Positions 7,640 to 17,305 are shown, numbered from the stretch's first letter. The stretch is 23,852 bases of DNA from Endozoicomonas acroporae (GCF_002864045.1 NZ_PJPV01000073.1:1-23852); one strand, 5' to 3'. The notes: generated by a model not told the origin, from the letters alone. Made by a program: numbers and translations.

Positions 7640-7776
7640 TTTGCCGTGAAAGAAAATTGCCACGGAGGCAAAGAGACACGGAGAACAGAAAAACGCTTTT
7701 CCTCTGTGTCTCCGTGACTCTGTGGCTAAAGCTTTCATGACAGAGGGTAACAAACCATCGTCATGAACATTTGTGT
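7640..7776 (+). repeat. 137-bp hairpin-containing repeat (family 6), copy 1
   Basis: It differs at 2 positions from 22282-22418. The core inverted repeat is gagacacggag...ctccgtgactctgtgg. Confidence 0.9.
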
Positions 7777-7860
7777 CCTAACGGGTTCAAAGTAAGAAAA
7801 AGGGATGTGTTGAAAATAACTCTTTTTTTAAAGAACCACTTACATTTGAGACTGGTAGCC

Positions 7861-7898
7861 GCTAAATAAGCTCGCCCGGATAGCCAGACTATCCGGGC
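7861..7898 (-). terminator. Probable rho-independent terminator of brnQ
   Basis: There is a perfect 10-bp stem gcccggatag / ctatccgggc with a 5-nt loop, 22 nt after the brnQ stop. On the minus strand it is followed by gagcttattt, which is only a modest T tract. Confidence 0.5.
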
Positions 7899-7919
7899 AC
7901 AATGGTTGTAACTGTTTTA

Positions 7920-9251
7920 TTACGGCGCTTGACAGTTCGATGCGGGTTTGAGGAACAGGCCAATTAGAACGGTAATGATTAATACAGCCAGAGACGGAAT
8001 TACCCAGACCATGTGTGCTTCAAAGCCGGGAATCATGCTAAAGGGCTGTAGAAAAGGCTGTAGCGCGGCAAACTCTTTTATCCGCAGAACATCAATGATA
8101 CTGAAGATGAAAATGACCGCCAGTGTGGCCCGGTAAGTCAGGACGGGCCTGGGCAGCCAGTCACGAATAAGCCCCAGGAAAATCAACGTTATGGAGATTG
8201 GATAGAGAATCAGCAGTACCGGAATAAAAAGATCAATAATCTCGTTTAACTCCATGTTGGCAAAAAAGATACAGACAATGCTGATGATGGTGACGATGGT
8301 TCGATAGCTGACCCTGTCGAACATTTCATCAAAGTACTCACTGGCGGCGGTGATACAGCCAATGGCAGTAGTCAGGCAGGCCAGGGTGACCACAGCCGCG
8401 AGCAGTGCTATCCCGGTGGTTCCGAACAGTGTCTCGGCATAAAGGGTCAGGATTTGCCCGCCGTTGTCCGGATCGGGGGCTATCTCCCGGCTGGTGGCTC
8501 CCAGGTAGAAAAGAGAGAGGTACACCAGGGCAAGCCCGGCCGCTGCGATGATGCCGGTAATGATACTGTAACGAAACAGGCTGGACTTATCTTTAATACC
8601 ATGGGACTTGAGATTGGTGATGATGACAATGCCGAACATCAGTGCTGCGAGGGCATCCATGGTCATATAACCCTCAAGGAATCCCTTGATAACCGGTGAT
8701 TCGGTATAAGTTCCCATGGCCTGCCCGGGAATGCCGAGCGGTGAAAAAATGGGTGAGAGGCCGAGAATGACCAGCAGGGCAATTAATGCCGGAGTGATCA
8801 GTTCGCCTACCGACTCCAGCAGTTTTCCGGGCCGGATAGACAGATACCAGGAGATACTGAAAAAGATCAGGCTGAATATCAGCTGGCTGAGCTTGCCGGG
8901 TTCCGCCAGAAACGGTGTGATTCCCACTTCAAAAGAGACCAGGGCGGTCCTTGGAACGGCATACAGGGGGCCAATAATCAGGTAAATGCAGGAGCCAAGG
9001 GCGATGATCAGGGCTCTGGGCATTTCGCCACTGATTTCGTTGAATCCGCCACCCACTCTGGCGATGGCAACAATGCCCAATAGTGGCAGGCCGACGCCGG
9101 TAAGCAGGAAGCCCGCAGCGGCATACCACATATCCTGACCTGCCAGTTGTCCCACCATGGGTGGGAAAATCAGGTTTCCTGCCCCGAGAAACATGGCAAA
9201 TACCATAAACCCCATACCGACAATATTCTGTAAACTCAGTTTTTGTTTCAT
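7920..9251 (-). CDS. brnQ: Branched-chain amino acid transport system II carrier (LIVCS family)
   Basis: This is a 443-aa polytopic membrane protein. The N-terminus GFMVFAMFLGAGNLIFPPMVG is typical of BrnQ. Confidence 0.85.
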   Translation of the reverse strand: MKQKLSLQNIVGMGFMVFAMFLGAGNLIFPPMVGQLAGQDMWYAAAGFLLTGVGLPLLGIVAIARVGGGFNEISGEMPRALIIALGSCIYLIIGPLYAVPRTALVSFEVGITPFLAEPGKLSQLIFSLIFFSISWYLSIRPGKLLESVGELITPALIALLVILGLSPIFSPLGIPGQAMGTYTESPVIKGFLEGYMTMDALAALMFGIVIITNLKSHGIKDKSSLFRYSIITGIIAAAGLALVYLSLFYLGATSREIAPDPDNGGQILTLYAETLFGTTGIALLAAVVTLACLTTAIGCITAASEYFDEMFDRVSYRTIVTIISIVCIFFANMELNEIIDLFIPVLLILYPISITLIFLGLIRDWLPRPVLTYRATLAVIFIFSIIDVLRIKEFAALQPFLQPFSMIPGFEAHMVWVIPSLAVLIITVLIGLFLKPASNCQAP

Positions 9252-9371
9252 ATCTTCAGCTTCCGGGATCCCCGATTATTGATGTTTTACCGGGATCGGC
9301 TCCTTAATTACCTTACTTGAATAGCTTTTCTGATGACAGGCTCCTAATGCAGAAAAGCGTTAATAACCGTA

Positions 9372-9482
9372 CACCCCGTTCATCCTGAGCTTGTCGAAGG
9401 ATGGTGCCACCGTACTTCGACAAGCTCAGTACGAACGTAGTTTTGAAACTCAGAAATGTGGAAATTATTTCAGGACAGTTCC
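9372..9482. mobile_element. Truncated MITE family 2 copy (right half only)
   Basis: ccgttcatcctgagcttgtcgaagg...cttcgacaagctcagtacgaacgtagttttgaaactcagaaatgtggaaattatttcaggacagttcc is co-linear with 3047-3151 plus 3377-3421. Confidence 0.7.
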
Positions 9483-9570
9483 TAACCAGCTGCCTGCTAT
9501 CAGTATGGACGCTATCTGTGAAAGTGGTAGCAGGGCAGTCGACGAGCCCGAACAGCGTGGCGGCAATCAT

Positions 9571-10068
9571 TTAATGATTTCCCGGTGGTGCTGAACAAAG
9601 GTCATCATGGGGCTGATCATTGCTGATTTGCTGCAAGCTTTCCTGCAACAGGCAGATCAGGGTTTCATGATCACCGGCTTCCAGGAAAACATCCGGGCTT
9701 TGGCTCAGCCGGTTGTCCCAGAGCACTGGCATATTGTAGGGTTCACCAAAGGGTGGAATGGCTCCGGGTTCGCAGTCTTTGAACTTGGAGTTCAGTTCGT
9801 GTTCTGTGGCGAACTGCAGTTTTGCGTTGGTGATTTGGCTCACCTGGTGAATATTGACCCGGTTGGCCGCAGGTAAAATGGCCATCAGGTAGTGATCAAG
9901 ACTATCTTTCAGGACCACTGCCTTGGCCAGCTGGTGCAATGGAATCCGGGCGGCGATGGCGCTCTGCACGGAACTTTTGCTGGGTTGATGTCGGATGGTT
10001 TGATAGGGAATATGTTGTCTGGCAAGGTAATCGTAAACTGTGTTGGCAATGCTCATGATGGAAATCAC
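9571..10068 (-). CDS. YbaK/ProX-type aminoacyl-tRNA trans-editing (deacylase) domain protein
   Basis: This is a 165-aa ORF. The pattern LAKAVVLKD...YLMAILPAANRVN...EPGAIPPFG matches the YbaK-domain layout from memory. The start may instead be the ATG at 10056. Confidence 0.55.
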   Translation of the reverse strand: MISIMSIANTVYDYLARQHIPYQTIRHQPSKSSVQSAIAARIPLHQLAKAVVLKDSLDHYLMAILPAANRVNIHQVSQITNAKLQFATEHELNSKFKDCEPGAIPPFGEPYNMPVLWDNRLSQSPDVFLEAGDHETLICLLQESLQQISNDQPHDDLCSAPPGNH

Positions 10069-10140
10069 CCCAGTAAATTTTGGCTTGAGGTGAAAGGAGT
10101 ATAGCCGCTGATGGTTGTATTTCAGTGGCTATCGGTATTA

Positions 10141-10348
10141 AGTAGTTGGCCAAATGGAATCGTATATTTCTGGCTAAGTGGGCAGTTGCTATGCAAGGCG
10201 CAACGTAGGGAGCATAGCCGTAGCTATGTGACCGGAGTTGCAACGCCGCACGACTGCATGGATGCAGGAGATAGAGCAACGCAGGAGCAGTTGCCGGGAG
10301 TGACTGACAACTTAGTCAGAAATATATGATTTCATTTGGTTAACTACT
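10141..10348 (+). mobile_element. MITE family 3 copy A (termini agtagttggcc / ggttaactact, TA duplication), with a 47-bp internal extra segment
   Basis: TA occurs at 10139-10140 and 10349-10350. It is co-linear with copy B (11526-11686) and inverted copy C (23553-23713). Confidence 0.85.
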
Positions 10349-11301
10349 TACAACCAGCCTTTACGTTTAAAAAACAGAAAGGTGGCTAACGCGCTCAACA
10401 ACATCAGTCCGAGTGCAATTGGATAGCCGAACTCTATCGAGAGCTCTGGCATGATTTTGAAATTCATCCCGTAAATACTGGCAATCAGTGTCGGCGGAAG
10501 GAACATAACGGCGGCCACTGAGAAAATCTTGATTATGTTGTTCTGCTCAAGATTGATGTAGCCCATGGTGGACTCCATCAGAAAGTTGATTTTCTCGAAC
10601 AGGAAGCCGGTGTGTGGTGTCAGGGATTCAATATCCCGAAGCATATCCCTGATATTGTCTTTCTGTTGATCATTGAGCATGTGGCTGCATGCACGCATCA
10701 GGTAACGAAGTGAGCGCTGGGTATCCAGCAGGTTCAACCTGACTTTGCCATTCAGGTCCTCCTGAAGTGTGATGGTGCGCAGCTGCTCATCAACATCTTT
10801 ATACTGCTCTGACAGCGCATTCTGGCTGACTTCTTCCAGGTCTTCGTAAACTTCTTCCAGAGTATCAGCAAGGTATTCAACCTTGGCATCAAACAGCGCA
10901 ATGATCACCTCCAGAGGCGTTGTTGCCTTGATATGCTGGGTTTTAAGGTGTTTGCGCATCAGCCTGAATAAACCGGTGGGCTCATCCTGAAGGGTGATCA
11001 GTTTATCGGGTCTGAGATTGAATGCGACGTTAATATTTCTCAGCTCGTGGCCGGACCTGTGGGGAAACAGGGAGCGAATATGAATACCGCTTTCGGTTTC
11101 AAAGTAGCGGGAGGAAATTTCAATCTCTCCCAGATCTTCTTCTTCGGGCAGGCAGCCCGGGAAATGGGTTGTTAACCATTGGTGCTCAGCACTGTCCGGC
11201 TCTGTTGCTTCCAGCCATATAGTGCCCTTGGCCGACGGGAAATCTGGCGTCACCCGGTCAATGGAAAACTGGTCATCCTGAGCACTATAGGCAAAGATCA
11301 T
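10348..11301 (-). CDS. corA: CorA-family Mg2+/Co2+ transporter
   Basis: It has the YGMNF signature (IASIYGMNFKIMPEL) followed by two C-terminal TM helices. Starting at ATG 11301 gives 317 aa, the usual CorA size. The track start at 11364 is a TTG extension. Confidence 0.8.
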   Translation of the reverse strand: MIFAYSAQDDQFSIDRVTPDFPSAKGTIWLEATEPDSAEHQWLTTHFPGCLPEEEDLGEIEISSRYFETESGIHIRSLFPHRSGHELRNINVAFNLRPDKLITLQDEPTGLFRLMRKHLKTQHIKATTPLEVIIALFDAKVEYLADTLEEVYEDLEEVSQNALSEQYKDVDEQLRTITLQEDLNGKVRLNLLDTQRSLRYLMRACSHMLNDQQKDNIRDMLRDIESLTPHTGFLFEKINFLMESTMGYINLEQNNIIKIFSVAAVMFLPPTLIASIYGMNFKIMPELSIEFGYPIALGLMLLSALATFLFFKRKGWL

Positions 11302-11525
11302 AGTTACTGCCTTATTGATAACGAAATAGATTGGCCGACTCGAAGTTATAGTGCCAGCCACCAAATTATCTATCTGAACGACCAGACCCTGAATATTTTA
11401 AAAAACAACGGAGGATATTGTCATTTCAGATTTCAGAGGGTTGCACCGTTTGGTAACAAAAAAGGGGAGGGATTGTACGATAATTGACTTCTATTAGGAT
11501 AGTGGGAATGTGCCAGGTGCTAATA

Positions 11526-11686
11526 AGTAGTTGGCCAAATGGAATCGTATATTTCTGGCTAAGTGGGCAGTTACTATGCAAGGCGCAACGTAGGGAGCAT
11601 AGCCGTAGCTATGTGACCGGAGTTGCAACGCCGCAGAGTGACTGACAACTTAGTCAGAAATATATGATTTCATTTGGTTAACTACT
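11526..11686 (+). mobile_element. MITE family 3 copy B (161 bp, TA duplication)
   Basis: TA occurs at 11524-11525 and 11687-11688. It has the same orientation as copy A. Confidence 0.85.
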
Positions 11687-11729
11687 TAACCTGCCAGGGC
11701 AGTATCAGGAAGGTTACGGGGCTGAACAA

Positions 11730-11927
11730 CCTGCACACATTCAGTGAGTGTTTGCAAAAGGTATAAAAGCTTTAAACCACAAAGACACAGGCACAAAGGA
11801 AGCCTCTTTTGTTTACTGAGCGTAGCTCAGGCTAGCCCGAAAAAAACTTTGTGTCTTTGTGCCTTTGTGGTTCCCTTCTTTTTAAGGCCTTTCGCAACAC
11901 CCTCATTCTGTGTGGGCAGTGTGCAGG
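11730..11927. repeat. About 200-bp palindromic REP/MITE-like element related in architecture to family 6, 4 nt downstream of the glnD stop
   Basis: The outer inverted repeat is cctgcacacattcagtgagtgtttgcaaaagg / cctttcgcaacaccctcattctgtgtgggcagtgtgcagg. The inner pair is ccacaaagacacaggcacaaagg / ctttgtgtctttgtgcctttgtgg. Confidence 0.65.
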
Positions 11928-11931
11928 CTAT

Positions 11932-14643
11932 TTACGGTGTAATGGCATCATGGCTTGACGCTTCACGCAGTACACGGATTAATGCACTGCATATCTCGCT
12001 ACAGCTCGCCGCCTCCTGAATGGCCTCACCATTACAGTCAGCTATGATAAAACTGTCTTCGACCTTTTCCCCAAAGGTGGCAATTTTGGCACCGTGTACT
12101 TGCAGATCCAGTCTGGCGAAGGTTTTGCCGATCAGGGCAAGCAGTCCGGGGCGGTCTGTGGCGGTAATATCCAGCACTGTTTGCCTGGGTTCAATCTGGT
12201 TGCTGATCAGCACCGCAGGCTCCCGGTTAAAATAGCGCAGTTGCCGTGGTGTTCGACGGCGAATAAGGTCCGGGAATGTGTCCGGTGCAGACAGGGTATT
12301 CTGCAGGTGCGTTTTGATGTCCAGTATCCGTTCGGCATTGGGCCCGATGGCAGAGCCATCTTCTTCAAGCACGGTGTAGGTATCAAGGCTGTAGTTACTT
12401 CTGGAGGTAATGATACGGGCATCCTGAATGGCCAGTCCCAGTTGATGAAACGCCGCTACCGTGGCGGCAAACAGGTTGGACTGGTCATGGGTATAGACAA
12501 ACACGCTTGACCCCTGGTGCTCATAACCATCGGCAATTTCCGGAATCACGATCAGCGGCTTTTCTGAGTCATGCTGGAGAATACCTTCGGTCTGCCAGCT
12601 GATTTCATCACTTTGATGACGGAGAAAATACTCATCATTAAACTGATCCCAGAGATAGGATATGTCTTCCTCTTTCAAGCCTTGTTCGATTAACAGAGCC
12701 ATTGCCCGTTGTTTGGTGTTGGCGATCTGCTCATTCATTTCCGGCAGATTATCAACGCCCCGTTTCAATAGCTGGTGGGTTTGCGAGAAAAGCTGTTGCA
12801 ACAGAGAGGCTCTCCAGCCATTCCAAAGCCCGGGATTGGTGGCATTAATATCCGCTACAGTGAGAAGGTAAAGGTATTTCAGTCGTTCCCGGGTACCGAC
12901 ACGTCGGGCGAAGTCCTGAATCACTTTCGGGTCGGACAGATCTTTTTTCTGAGCGGTGACGGACATGGTCAGGTGTTCCTGCACCAGCCAGACAATCAGC
13001 GCAGTATCTTCCTTATTCAGGCCATGAACACGACAGAACTGCTGTGCATCCACGGCACCGAGCTGGGAGTGATCGCCTCCACGGCCTTTACCGATATCAT
13101 GGTAAAGGCCTGCCAGATAAAGTAATTCCGGTTTGGGAATTCTATGGATGATTCTTGAGGCAATAGGAAACTGCGGGTGGCTCTTTTGATAGGAAAAACT
13201 TCGCAGGTACTTTATCAATAACAGGGTATGGGCATCCACCGTGAGTGTGTGGAAAAGATCGTACTGCATCTGCCCTATGATGCGACCAAACTCCGGAAGG
13301 TAACGACCCAGTATGCCGTAGCGGGCCAGCCTTCTTAACGACGCTGTTAAAGCATAGGGGGCACGCATGAGTTCCAGAAACAGTCTTGTGCATCGTGGGT
13401 CTTTGCGAAAAGTACCGTCTACCAGGTGGCGGTAATCTCTCAGCAGTCGTATGGTTTCAGCGGTGGGACCGTGGATTGTCTGATCCCGGGTGAGCAGCAC
13501 AAACATCTCCAGAATAGCGGGCGGGTATTCGGCAAAGACTCTATCGTGGACGGTTTCAATATAGTAATTGCATACCTGGAAGCGTTCATTAATGGCATGA
13601 ACTTTATGAACGATGCCTGCGCTGAGGATATCGTCGTCAAAATGTTGCAGCAGCAGGTCTTTTAGCTGGCTGACAATCATAACCGTGCGAAAGTAGCTCT
13701 GCATAAACTGCTCTACCGCCAAAGCGCCTGTGTGGTCGTGATAACCGAACTGGCTGGCCAGCGTTCGCTGGTGGTCGAACAGCAGACGATCTTCTCCCCG
13801 CCCAGTCAGGGAGTGCAGTGCCCAGCGGATTTTCCAGAGAAATGCCCGGCACCTCTGCAGCTGCTGATATTCAACATTGCTGAGGAATCCAAGCTCCATA
13901 AGCTCAGCGGGATCATGAGTTCCGTAGTGGCGACGGGCCACCCATCCCAGCATATGCAGATCCCGAAGGCCGCCCGGTGAACCCTTGATATTTGGCTCCA
14001 GATCATATTCGGTATCATTATATTTACGGTGTCGTTTACGTTGTTCATCGAATTTTGCCTGAAGATACCGTTGACTGGGCCACATATTTTCAGTGTCAAT
14101 CAGGTCCAACAGGTGTTCGTGCAGAAATGCCGGACCGGATATCACCCGGGACTCTATCAGGTTGGTGATGATGGTCAGATCGTCAGCGGCCTGGCTGGCA
14201 CACTCATCAAGGGAGCGGACACTGGAGCCGACTTTTAATCCGATATCCCAGAGTAAAGTCAGGAAATGTTCGATCGCATCCTGGTGCTCATGGTAATGGT
14301 CTTTTTCCAGCAGTATCAGAATGTCAATGTCGGATCCGGGGTGCAGTTCCCCTCTGCCGTAACCGCCAACGGCCAGTAGGGCAATGGGACAGCTGTCACT
14401 CCAGTTCAGATGTTCCCAGGCCAGGCGCAGAATCTGATCCATCAACCATGCCCTGGCAAATACCAGTTGCTCTATATCCATACCATCCAGAAACCATTGA
14501 TCCATTTTGGATGTGGCTTCCTTGAGGCATTTCTTATAGGCCGGAATCGGGGTTTTGGAAATTGTTAAGTCCGCCCGGAACTGACTCTTGTTGAAAAGAT
14601 GGTCCTGAACAGAGGCTGGGATTTTCTGAAACGGATTGCTCAT
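11932..14643 (-). CDS. glnD: Bifunctional [protein-PII] uridylyltransferase/uridylyl-removing enzyme
   Basis: This is a 903-aa ORF. It has the nucleotidyltransferase motif GGYGRGELHPGSDIDILIL, the HD domain LYHDIGKGRGGDHS, and two C-terminal ACT-like segments. It lies immediately downstream of map, as in enterics. Confidence 0.95.
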   Translation of the reverse strand: MSNPFQKIPASVQDHLFNKSQFRADLTISKTPIPAYKKCLKEATSKMDQWFLDGMDIEQLVFARAWLMDQILRLAWEHLNWSDSCPIALLAVGGYGRGELHPGSDIDILILLEKDHYHEHQDAIEHFLTLLWDIGLKVGSSVRSLDECASQAADDLTIITNLIESRVISGPAFLHEHLLDLIDTENMWPSQRYLQAKFDEQRKRHRKYNDTEYDLEPNIKGSPGGLRDLHMLGWVARRHYGTHDPAELMELGFLSNVEYQQLQRCRAFLWKIRWALHSLTGRGEDRLLFDHQRTLASQFGYHDHTGALAVEQFMQSYFRTVMIVSQLKDLLLQHFDDDILSAGIVHKVHAINERFQVCNYYIETVHDRVFAEYPPAILEMFVLLTRDQTIHGPTAETIRLLRDYRHLVDGTFRKDPRCTRLFLELMRAPYALTASLRRLARYGILGRYLPEFGRIIGQMQYDLFHTLTVDAHTLLLIKYLRSFSYQKSHPQFPIASRIIHRIPKPELLYLAGLYHDIGKGRGGDHSQLGAVDAQQFCRVHGLNKEDTALIVWLVQEHLTMSVTAQKKDLSDPKVIQDFARRVGTRERLKYLYLLTVADINATNPGLWNGWRASLLQQLFSQTHQLLKRGVDNLPEMNEQIANTKQRAMALLIEQGLKEEDISYLWDQFNDEYFLRHQSDEISWQTEGILQHDSEKPLIVIPEIADGYEHQGSSVFVYTHDQSNLFAATVAAFHQLGLAIQDARIITSRSNYSLDTYTVLEEDGSAIGPNAERILDIKTHLQNTLSAPDTFPDLIRRRTPRQLRYFNREPAVLISNQIEPRQTVLDITATDRPGLLALIGKTFARLDLQVHGAKIATFGEKVEDSFIIADCNGEAIQEAASCSEICSALIRVLREASSHDAITP

Positions 14644-14645
14644 TA

Positions 14646-15440
14646 TTAGAAGTTTTCTTCTTTTCGTTTGGTGAGCACTTCATAGCCTGTAGCGGTTACA
14701 GCAATGGTGTGTTCCCACTGGGCAGAAGGGCGCCGGTCTCTGGTTACTGCTGTCCAGCCATCGCCCAGAAGTTTGGTTCCTTTCTTGCCAGCATTGATCA
14801 TTGGTTCGATAGTAAATGTCATGCCCTCTTGCAGGACACAGTCATTTCTGTCGTTATAACCTTCATAGTGGATGACCTGTGGATCTTCATGGAACACACT
14901 GCCAATGCCATGGCCGCAGTACTCTTCGACAACTGAGAAATGATTGCCGTGGGCATGTCTGGCAATTACACGACCGATATCACTTAGACGGTTGCCGGGT
15001 TGCACTTGCTCAATACCCAGATAGAGGCACTCCTGAGTCACCTGTACCAGCCTCTGGTTAAACGGTTGAACGTCACCAACCAGGAACATTTTGCTGGTAT
15101 CGCCATGGTAGCCATCTTTGATCACAGTGATATCGATATTGACAACGTCGCCGCTTTTCAGAAATTTTTTGTCACTGGGAATACCGTGACAAACGACCTG
15201 GTTGATGGAAATGCAGGTGGACTTGGGGAAGCCGGGTCTGCCCGGGGCTGCGCCGTAGTTCAATGGGGCAGGAATTGCCTTCTGCACATTGACAATATAA
15301 TCATGGCATAGGCTATCCAGTTCGCCGGTTGAGACGCCGGGCTGCACATGGGGTTCGATCATTTCCAGCACTTCAGCGGCCAGACGGCCAGCGATGCGCA
15401 TCTTTTCAATTTCTTCAGGGGTTTTGATGGTTACATTCAT
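14646..15440 (-). CDS. map: Type I methionine aminopeptidase
   Basis: This is a 264-aa ORF with VVCHGIP, DIDITVIKDGYHGD, GHGIG and TIEPM metal-site motifs. Its stop lies 2 nt before the glnD ATG. Confidence 0.95.
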   Translation of the reverse strand: MNVTIKTPEEIEKMRIAGRLAAEVLEMIEPHVQPGVSTGELDSLCHDYIVNVQKAIPAPLNYGAAPGRPGFPKSTCISINQVVCHGIPSDKKFLKSGDVVNIDITVIKDGYHGDTSKMFLVGDVQPFNQRLVQVTQECLYLGIEQVQPGNRLSDIGRVIARHAHGNHFSVVEEYCGHGIGSVFHEDPQVIHYEGYNDRNDCVLQEGMTFTIEPMINAGKKGTKLLGDGWTAVTRDRRPSAQWEHTIAVTATGYEVLTKRKEENF

Positions 15441-15578
15441 TGTCAGGTCAGGCCACTTAAAGATGCGAAAGTCAAATGATAATTCTTATTATCTTACCAG
15501 AATCCCCTAGCGAAGTATTTACAATATTATATCCGTCAGGTGTTGCTCAAAACGAGCGGTGACTTCTGCGTTTAAGTC

Positions 15579-17219
15579 CTAAAGCAGGTAAGATGCCGAT
15601 AAAGCCACAGCCCCTACCGGTACTGCAATTTGGGCATATCTGACCAAGTGCCAGAAAGAAGATAGCCAGGTTCTCTGGTCTACTTTGGGGTTTGACCTGA
15701 ACCTGACGTCAAGGCTTTTCTTGGAAAAATAATTATCTTCATAGCGCTTGGAACTGAAGAGCCCCCACAAGGTATACCACTGGCAATCCCAGGCGTCAGG
15801 ATCGGATTCGCAGGACTGATGGTAGAAAGGCAGGTTTTTCTGATAAACCGTTAACTTCAGTGTGTAAATTGTGTTCGGAGCCAGCTGGTCGTCGTAGCTG
15901 AGGGCCTCGTTGGACAGGAAGATTTTTCCGGGGTAGTAGAACAGTGTGGGCACATAACTCCGGTAAATATTTTTGTCAGGGTTATCACCATTTTTCAGTT
16001 TGAACTCCCAAAGCGTGGACCGTCGAATTTTCTGGTCGCTGGAAATGGCGTTCAATGTTTGCTGAATACCTTTTGCTTCATCTATATAAATAGTGGACTT
16101 CAATCTGTCGCCAAATATGGAGGGTTCGTAGAGCTGGACTCTGACGATGATATTTTTCAGCTTTTCAGTGACATCTTCTGATACCTCGTTGAGTGCTGCG
16201 GCAGAGAAGTCCTGAGCCCTCATGATGAATGGGTAGCCTTTCTCTTGCCTTGAGCCATCCAGACCAGGGGCCGACTGCCATACCAGTGGGTCAATCTGCT
16301 CGTTGTCAAAAGTTTTGGGAAGCGAAAAAGCGTTGGGAGAGTCTGAAGCAATTCTTTTTCGTGTGGTTACGGTAAAGCTGACTTCGTCTTCACCCTTGAA
16401 GCGACAGGAAAGGCTATCCGGTTGCGGGTTGTGGATATGCTCGTTGAAGATGTACTCGTTTTTGGGGTCTTCAATAAACAGGGTTGGCGCTAATCTGGCA
16501 GATTGTGAGGTACGCGCGATGTTTTTCAGATTGCTGACAGTGACCACTTCCTCTTCACCCGGTAGCAGATCATAGCCATTGGCAAGACGGTCAATAAAGC
16601 CGGGGGAATCAGGGCTCCAGCGGGCTTTGTCTTTTTTCAGAAACTCAACGTCAAAGACCATTTTTCCCTCACCATCCTGACAGTAACGGCTTTCGTGCAT
16701 GGTGATATCGGCGTAACAGGTTTTTGCCTTCCAATGGCAATGTTCGACTTGTTTCATGCCACCGTCCGAGGTGGGCAGGTATGTCTTTTCACATACATGG
16801 TAAGAACCACAGTGATGTGCATCGGTGACCAGCTGGCACTCCTGCCAATTCCAGTGAAGGTATGTGCGGTAGTTAATAACACCTTTCCAGGCTGGTGACG
16901 GCTGTTGCCGCAAAATATCTGCCGCATCGTGGCGGCTGATATTTTTCAAGTCCTGCCATGCTTCTTCGTCAAAGGATTCCGGTAAGCGAACATGGGTATA
17001 GTGGTTGGCCGAACATCTTAACTCTTCAGAGTGGAGGTTGCGGGTTTGGTCGGCAGGGATAACGTGTCCGGGACATGACTGGCTTGCTGTTATCCTCGGA
17101 GCAGACACTTGCAGGCAATGGTTGTTAATAAGAAAAGGCACGGCATAAGAGGTGTATGGCTTTGAAAATAAAAGTATGAGCAGCAAAGCCACATACACAA
17201 GTTGCTTTTTGATAGCCAT
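15579..17219 (-). CDS. Orphan Cys-rich exported protein with a C-terminal hydrophobic anchor
   Basis: This is a long ORF (the track gives 553 aa from 17240). ATG 17219 gives a clean signal peptide, MAIKKQLVYVALLLILLFSKPYTSYA|VP. There are 12 Cys, 9 of them in the first about 170 mature residues. The last 16 residues, IAVPVGAVALSASYLL, are hydrophobic. I recognise no catalytic motif. Confidence 0.75.
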   Translation of the reverse strand: MAIKKQLVYVALLLILLFSKPYTSYAVPFLINNHCLQVSAPRITASQSCPGHVIPADQTRNLHSEELRCSANHYTHVRLPESFDEEAWQDLKNISRHDAADILRQQPSPAWKGVINYRTYLHWNWQECQLVTDAHHCGSYHVCEKTYLPTSDGGMKQVEHCHWKAKTCYADITMHESRYCQDGEGKMVFDVEFLKKDKARWSPDSPGFIDRLANGYDLLPGEEEVVTVSNLKNIARTSQSARLAPTLFIEDPKNEYIFNEHIHNPQPDSLSCRFKGEDEVSFTVTTRKRIASDSPNAFSLPKTFDNEQIDPLVWQSAPGLDGSRQEKGYPFIMRAQDFSAAALNEVSEDVTEKLKNIIVRVQLYEPSIFGDRLKSTIYIDEAKGIQQTLNAISSDQKIRRSTLWEFKLKNGDNPDKNIYRSYVPTLFYYPGKIFLSNEALSYDDQLAPNTIYTLKLTVYQKNLPFYHQSCESDPDAWDCQWYTLWGLFSSKRYEDNYFSKKSLDVRFRSNPKVDQRTWLSSFWHLVRYAQIAVPVGAVALSASYLL

Positions 17220-17305
17220 CACATCAACCTGCAAAAACATTTAGTGAGTTTATTGTGAAAATGAGTATCCCGTCACAGATACTCATTGCTTTGTATTGAT
17301 GTTTC

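Noticed and set aside
7421-7753. N-terminal 111-codon extension of the DUF785 lipoprotein ORF
   Set aside because: The extension crosses the 137-bp repeat element and has no protein-like features. ATG 7420 gives a textbook lipoprotein signal peptide.
2238-11927. Possible CRISPR array, given the many recurring palindromic sequences
   Set aside because: The repeats are 130-230 bp, dispersed over many kb, in mixed orientations and with target duplications. There is no regular repeat-spacer periodicity and no cas genes.
12020-15311. Numerous 60-140 aa ORFs inside glnD and map. The same applies inside brnQ, corA, the ATP-grasp gene and the 7TM gene.
   Set aside because: They are shadow ORFs within strongly supported long genes, with no independent start signals or motifs.
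15441-15578. Sigma-70 promoter for map (a TATAAT on the minus strand at 15526-15531)
   Set aside because: There is no convincing -35 at 16-18 nt spacing, so it cannot be supported from sequence alone.
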